64,000 nucleotides of DNA, taken from positions 2,950,887-3,014,886 of the forward strand of contig JAHRHZ010000081.1 of assembly GCA_024137785.1 (NCBI GenBank). The letters are read 5' to 3'. Below, one piece after another: positions 59,301 through 64,000 of this stretch. Made by a program: the position numbers and the translations under genes. This DNA is from Ginglymostoma cirratum (lineage: Eukaryota). Under the pieces are notes generated by a model that worked only from the letters and a program-made list of their open reading frames with translations, was not told the origin of the DNA and ran no database searches. Position 1 is the stretch's first letter. The number at the start of each line of letters is the position of its first letter.

Positions 59301-60629
59301 CTTGCTTTCAAGTAAATTCCCCACTTACTGAAGTACAAGATGAACTTTGTGCAGATCAACATCACTGCTGGAGTAATACAAGCCTCACAATGTCCAACAC
59401 TGATGACTAGCCTTAGCCTATAAAAAAGTTTGAATAGTTGTGATATTAAGCAGTATGTCAAGGTTGCGTAACTGCTCATTTCAGAAACAGCACACAACAC
59501 AAAGCATATTGGAAATACTTTCCCAAGTAGTGTATATATACCATGTACAGTTCAAGTGACTGGCCTGAACCAGCCCCAAAGGATGTGGTAAAAAACCATT
59601 GTGAATGTATAAGATTAATTACAAATCTGGCCTATTGAGCACTTAAGGTTTCAACATTTCCCATTCCTTGTCAGTTCATTTCACTATCATAACACAAGAA
59701 TAGAAGATGGATATTTCCTACGCAGCTTTGGAGAAATCAGTGGCAATGAGTCACTGGATGGCATAATACTTAACGCCCCCTACTTAAGAAAACCCAAAAA
59801 TGCAACAGCCCCATATAACTTTTAAATGTGTGTTTGCACTGTCTTTAACATAGCATCATAGCTACTAATACAAAACATCCCTTCTAATTTTCAACACAGC
59901 ACAAAAAGTTTTTTCTGTAAGGTTAAAGGAGAATCAGCCTTCCATCAAGGTTCTTACACTATCCCTCCTATTATATGCCACTGAATCACAATACTGTACA
60001 TGCTGTATGCCAGAAATCACACAGCAAGAAGCTCTTTACTATCCCATTGGCAGATTTGAAGCAAAGGTGAATATATATATACTAGGAAGCTTGATTTTCA
60101 GGTGTGGAAAAACAGTTGAAATGAACTGACACTCTGGTTCAGTGCTGAGAACATGTTCCAAGCAATATCCAGTTAGTTTGGAGTCAGATTCCCTGAACAA
60201 AAAGAAGGGATCCTGTCTCTTTAATACTCAGCAATTAATTAACTGTTTGCATGGGCTGTCTATTCATTAGGTTGGGAATGGAGATCCTGGCTAAGATATA
60301 GTGTTCAATCCCTCACCCACTAGTCCCAGCTAACAATTCAGGGCAGGCAAGCTCTAGCCTCTCGTACTCTATCAACCACGGGCTAGTCATTCCTTCAGGT
60401 TGGGAAGGTTATTTCCGAGCATCCTGCACTGTCCAATAAACATGTTACTTCTTGATCACTCAGAGGCGGCTACGAGTGGCAACATTACAACAGTGAAAGA
60501 TGTGATGAAATGAGGAATGGACTACTTGAAGACTGTTTTGATGTCACAGCTACATTGAGGAAAGGTTTCAGCTGTTCCATGCCTCCCCATTGCCCCAACG
60601 TCAAAGGTCCAATTGCTTCAGTTTTCATG

Positions 60630-60718
60630 CTAAGGTGCTGAGATGCTACAGAGAACGAGGTCTTCCCTCACGACAGTGAGCCTCCAGTACTTCTTGTTGC
60701 TGCTGCATGAAAAATATT
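60630..60718 (-). other. Candidate terminal exon start of a convergent gene
   Basis: Strong minus-strand acceptor ccttttatctcttgcag|aatattt; all three frames stop within 30 codons; identity not recognisable from sequence. Confidence 0.3.
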
Positions 60719-63354
60719 CTGCAAGAGATAAAAGGAGAGTCTGTGTTAACTGGCTGAACACGAGTGACACTCAAGTCTAATGTAAAAGAATTTGATTTTC
60801 TGCTGAATGATACAGGCTTTTAGTGACAAGAACTCCAAAAGCACAATGCAAACTAAGATGTTTGGATCAACATCCAAACCGTTTTAAAATCAGCAACTCT
60901 CCCTTCATCCTAGGTGCGGAACTCATCCTGGGGCAGTTTGATGGACATTGGAAATTGTCCACTGCCTAACCAAGTAGGCAAATTCAATGAGAGAGTCAAA
61001 CAGTGAAGTTATTTCAATGGAGAATGCTATGAAAGAAATGGTCATGTTTTCAATCAACAGCCAGTCCAAAAACTGAGCAACTCATCTTGAGGCAACCATT
61101 CCAAGAGAGGGATTGGATTTGAATTATAATTGAACTCTGCAATTTATTGACGTCAACGCCACAGAAAAGCTAACCTCAAAGAAACAGACTGTAAAGCCAA
61201 TTCCTGAAATACCCACAAGCCAGACACTGGCCATCACAACATCAGGATGACCAGATAATTTAATTCTAGATAAATCACATGTTGCACTAAAAATCTAATC
61301 CTAGAATGGACCAGTATATAATGCACAAGCCAGGCATATCTGACAGTCATGCTCCCAAATTAAGGCCAACCAGATGGGCATGGTCAAGAATTATATGGGG
61401 TTTGGTTATGCTGGAGAAGTGATTAGGTGGGGAAAGAGCGGGATAGGAAGTGAAAATAAAAACTTCTTCCAGATGTTCAATACGGTTTCCTTTAACAATC
61501 AGTCCACAGATAATCAAACAAAATTTCCTTGCTTGACACCTGTCCTGTTTTCCTTGCATTCTCTTCTAGCCCCATCCCACAGCTGTGTCTTTGTTTACTT
61601 TGCTCTCAACAGAGGGCACACATTTTCTCTCATAAGAACTTACACTCATTTTGCATTATTTATATTTCTTTTGCCTCAATTAGCCAACCCCTTTGACTTG
61701 TGCTCGGGCCTCCCTACCAACTCCCTTACTCCTCCTTTGTCTCTGTCAAAAATATAAAAACCATTTTCCAAGCCCTTACAGTTCTGAAGTCCTATCAGAC
61801 TTGAAACATTAGCTCATTTCTCTCTCAACAAATGTTGCCAGACCTGCCAAGTTTCTCCAGCATTTTGTGTTTGTTTCAGATTTTCAGCATTCCAGTATTT
61901 TGATTTTATTTTAAAAAACCTTGCTGCTTTAGTTTAAAAGTTGTATCATTGTGACATTACGCTGTTCCATCTTACCGGCCCACTTCTAAAATTTACATCA
62001 ATTGGATAAACTTCAACATTTACTCTTTCATACTTCCTAATTTATCTCAGGAGACTTGTTCATATCAACAAACACCTTAACATCGGTGGTGCACAAGTTC
62101 ATTGCAATCAGTGGAAAATAAAATTACTGTAGGTAGATAATATCATCTACAGAAGTAGCAGAGTATTAACAGATTAAAATATTAAGATAGGAATTGGCAA
62201 TGGGTACAATGCTCAAGTACAAAAGTGGTAGGCTCAATTTAGCTTATCTGAGAACATTATTTACAGATGGAGCCCAGAGCACAGGAGGTGCTGGTTCTTA
62301 GGGTGATCAGGCATGGGAGGAATTTGAAGAGAAGAATTAAACCACCTTTACAGACTTTCAACTGGAAGTAACGAACAGGTGATGGCTGCTGCCCAGAGCG
62401 ACTCCTGCCAGATGATCTGCTGCCTTACTGTCACACATTATCTTGTGCCATCCTCACATATCCAATGTAGCTCGGCTACAACCACTTCTGATATCTGTCA
62501 CCCAGCTAAACCTAGGTTGAACCTTCTCTCCACCTTGGCCTCTAGAAAAGATCTGTGCAGCTTCTCACCTCTGATCAAACAGCTAAAATAATGACACACT
62601 CTTCTGAACATCTTCACTGTTTCGAGCTATTTTTTACTCTTGCAATTTCAAACATCATTTGTTTCATTATCTCTGTGTGTGAATTTTAGCATCTGTCTTA
62701 TCATCCACATTTCAAAGGTCTCTATTTTCTTCCACTTTCATCCATGTAAGCCCAATTTAGAGACAACATATTTGGTTAGATATGTCGTTGGCATCATAGT
62801 TGCTTAGATTGAGGTCCCTTTGCCAGAGATGCAGGTTCAGAACATCAACTTGGAGCACGTCAGACTAAGACCCCAAATGTTCAGGCAGAAGCAATCCTCA
62901 GTCCTGGATCTCTTGCAACAGTTGGGCCCAAACCGGAGGCTGTAGTCCCTCTAGTCAAAGCCACTGGTAAACTCAGCTGAAACAAGCTTATCCAATCTAT
63001 TTCTAATGGAACAGTCAATTTTGTTTGAATCCACTGGGTCAGACAGCTTAAAGCCTTGTTCATTCAAAAGGTGGCAATTCCTAAAATCAAACGTCAGCAC
63101 TAGCTCGAAGTATATACAAAATCATTGAGAGATTTAACAAACAAATTTATTATTTGCATTTTAAAAATCCATTAATGGGAGATAGGTATTGCGAGCTACT
63201 TTCTTGAACTGTTGCAGGTAGACCAACAGTGCTGTGTTCCAACTCACTTTCCAAAATGTATGGGTGAATTCTGATACTTTTATACTGAAATGATACTATT
63301 TAGGCAGGATTAAGCACGTGACCATTGGAACAAATTGAAAACCTGATGAAACAA

Positions 63355-63483
63355 ACCAAAAGAACTGCAGATTCTGGAAATCAGAAACAAAAATCAGATA
63401 TTGCTGGAAAAACTCAGCAGGTCTGGCAGCATCTGTGAAGACAAAGCAGAGTCAACATTTCAGGTCCAGTGACCCTTCTTCAG
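63355..63483 (-). mobile_element. Penelope-derived terminal fragment with hammerhead core
   Basis: Minus strand CTGAAGA-A-GGGTC-actg-GACCT-GAAA-TGTT at 63483-63454. Confidence 0.75.
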
Positions 63484-64000
63484 TTTTGAATGAGAATGCC
63501 AAGAGATCAAGCTGAAGACAGTTAAACATCTGCTACGTTGTGAAACATTCCAAAGCTACTTTCCTAAACATTCAGAACTCAAAGAAGCCATTCTGCTCCA
63601 TTCTTCAATTATGGCTTATCTGGAGTTGAAATCCCTTTATCTGTCACTGCTCCACCTCCTCACCTGTGTGGGTGCACAATGAATCCCAAATATAATGCAC
63701 AAGTCAGGAAACCTACCGGGCACAACAACATTTCCTTCAGAGGTGCTGTGCAGCAATCTTAAAGGGACCATGCAGTGCAACAAGCAGATCGCAGCCAAAG
63801 ATTAGAAGAAACATTGATCGATATCCCCATCAATAAAAATCTATCAAATTCTGTCTCGAAAACTTCAATTGATCCCCCAGTATTCACTCTTTGGGGAGAG
63901 AATTCCAGATTTCTATTACTCATGTTAAGTGTTTCCTGATTTCATTCCTGAATGGCCTGACTCCGATTTTCAGAGTGTAACACTTTGTCGTTGATTCCTC

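Noticed and set aside
60501-60641. C/D snoRNA (GTGATGA...CTGA)
   Set aside because: Boxes about 140 nt apart, no terminal stem, and not in an identified sense intron

Overview
This is vertebrate genomic DNA, most likely from a cartilaginous fish (shark), judged from the repeat families; it is not prokaryotic. The + strand carries the 3' two-thirds of MAN2C1 (cytosolic alpha-mannosidase, GH38) as 18 GT-AG exons from 5276 to the TGA at 50443-50445. These give 2088 coding nt (695 aa plus stop) with all splice phases consistent; the 5' exons lie upstream of the window. Introns are dense with decayed retroelements (CR1, L2, RTE, tRNA-derived and Deu-type SINEs, a solo LTR, Penelope-like elements). 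Two structures stand out. One is a dispersed family of Penelope-derived, often palindromic insertions that carry minimal hammerhead-ribozyme cores; the best is a young 724-bp fold-back copy with a 14-bp target-site duplication. The other is a 734-bp SVA-like composite retroposon (YY1-type head, 44-bp VNTR, LINE-type tail, 11-bp TSD). Beyond MAN2C1 there are weak signs of a convergent minus-strand transcript, possibly the 3' end of NEIL1 by human synteny, but this is unconfirmed. Most ORFs in the supplied track are spurious or repeat-derived. Repeat boundaries are approximate unless a TSD is quoted.
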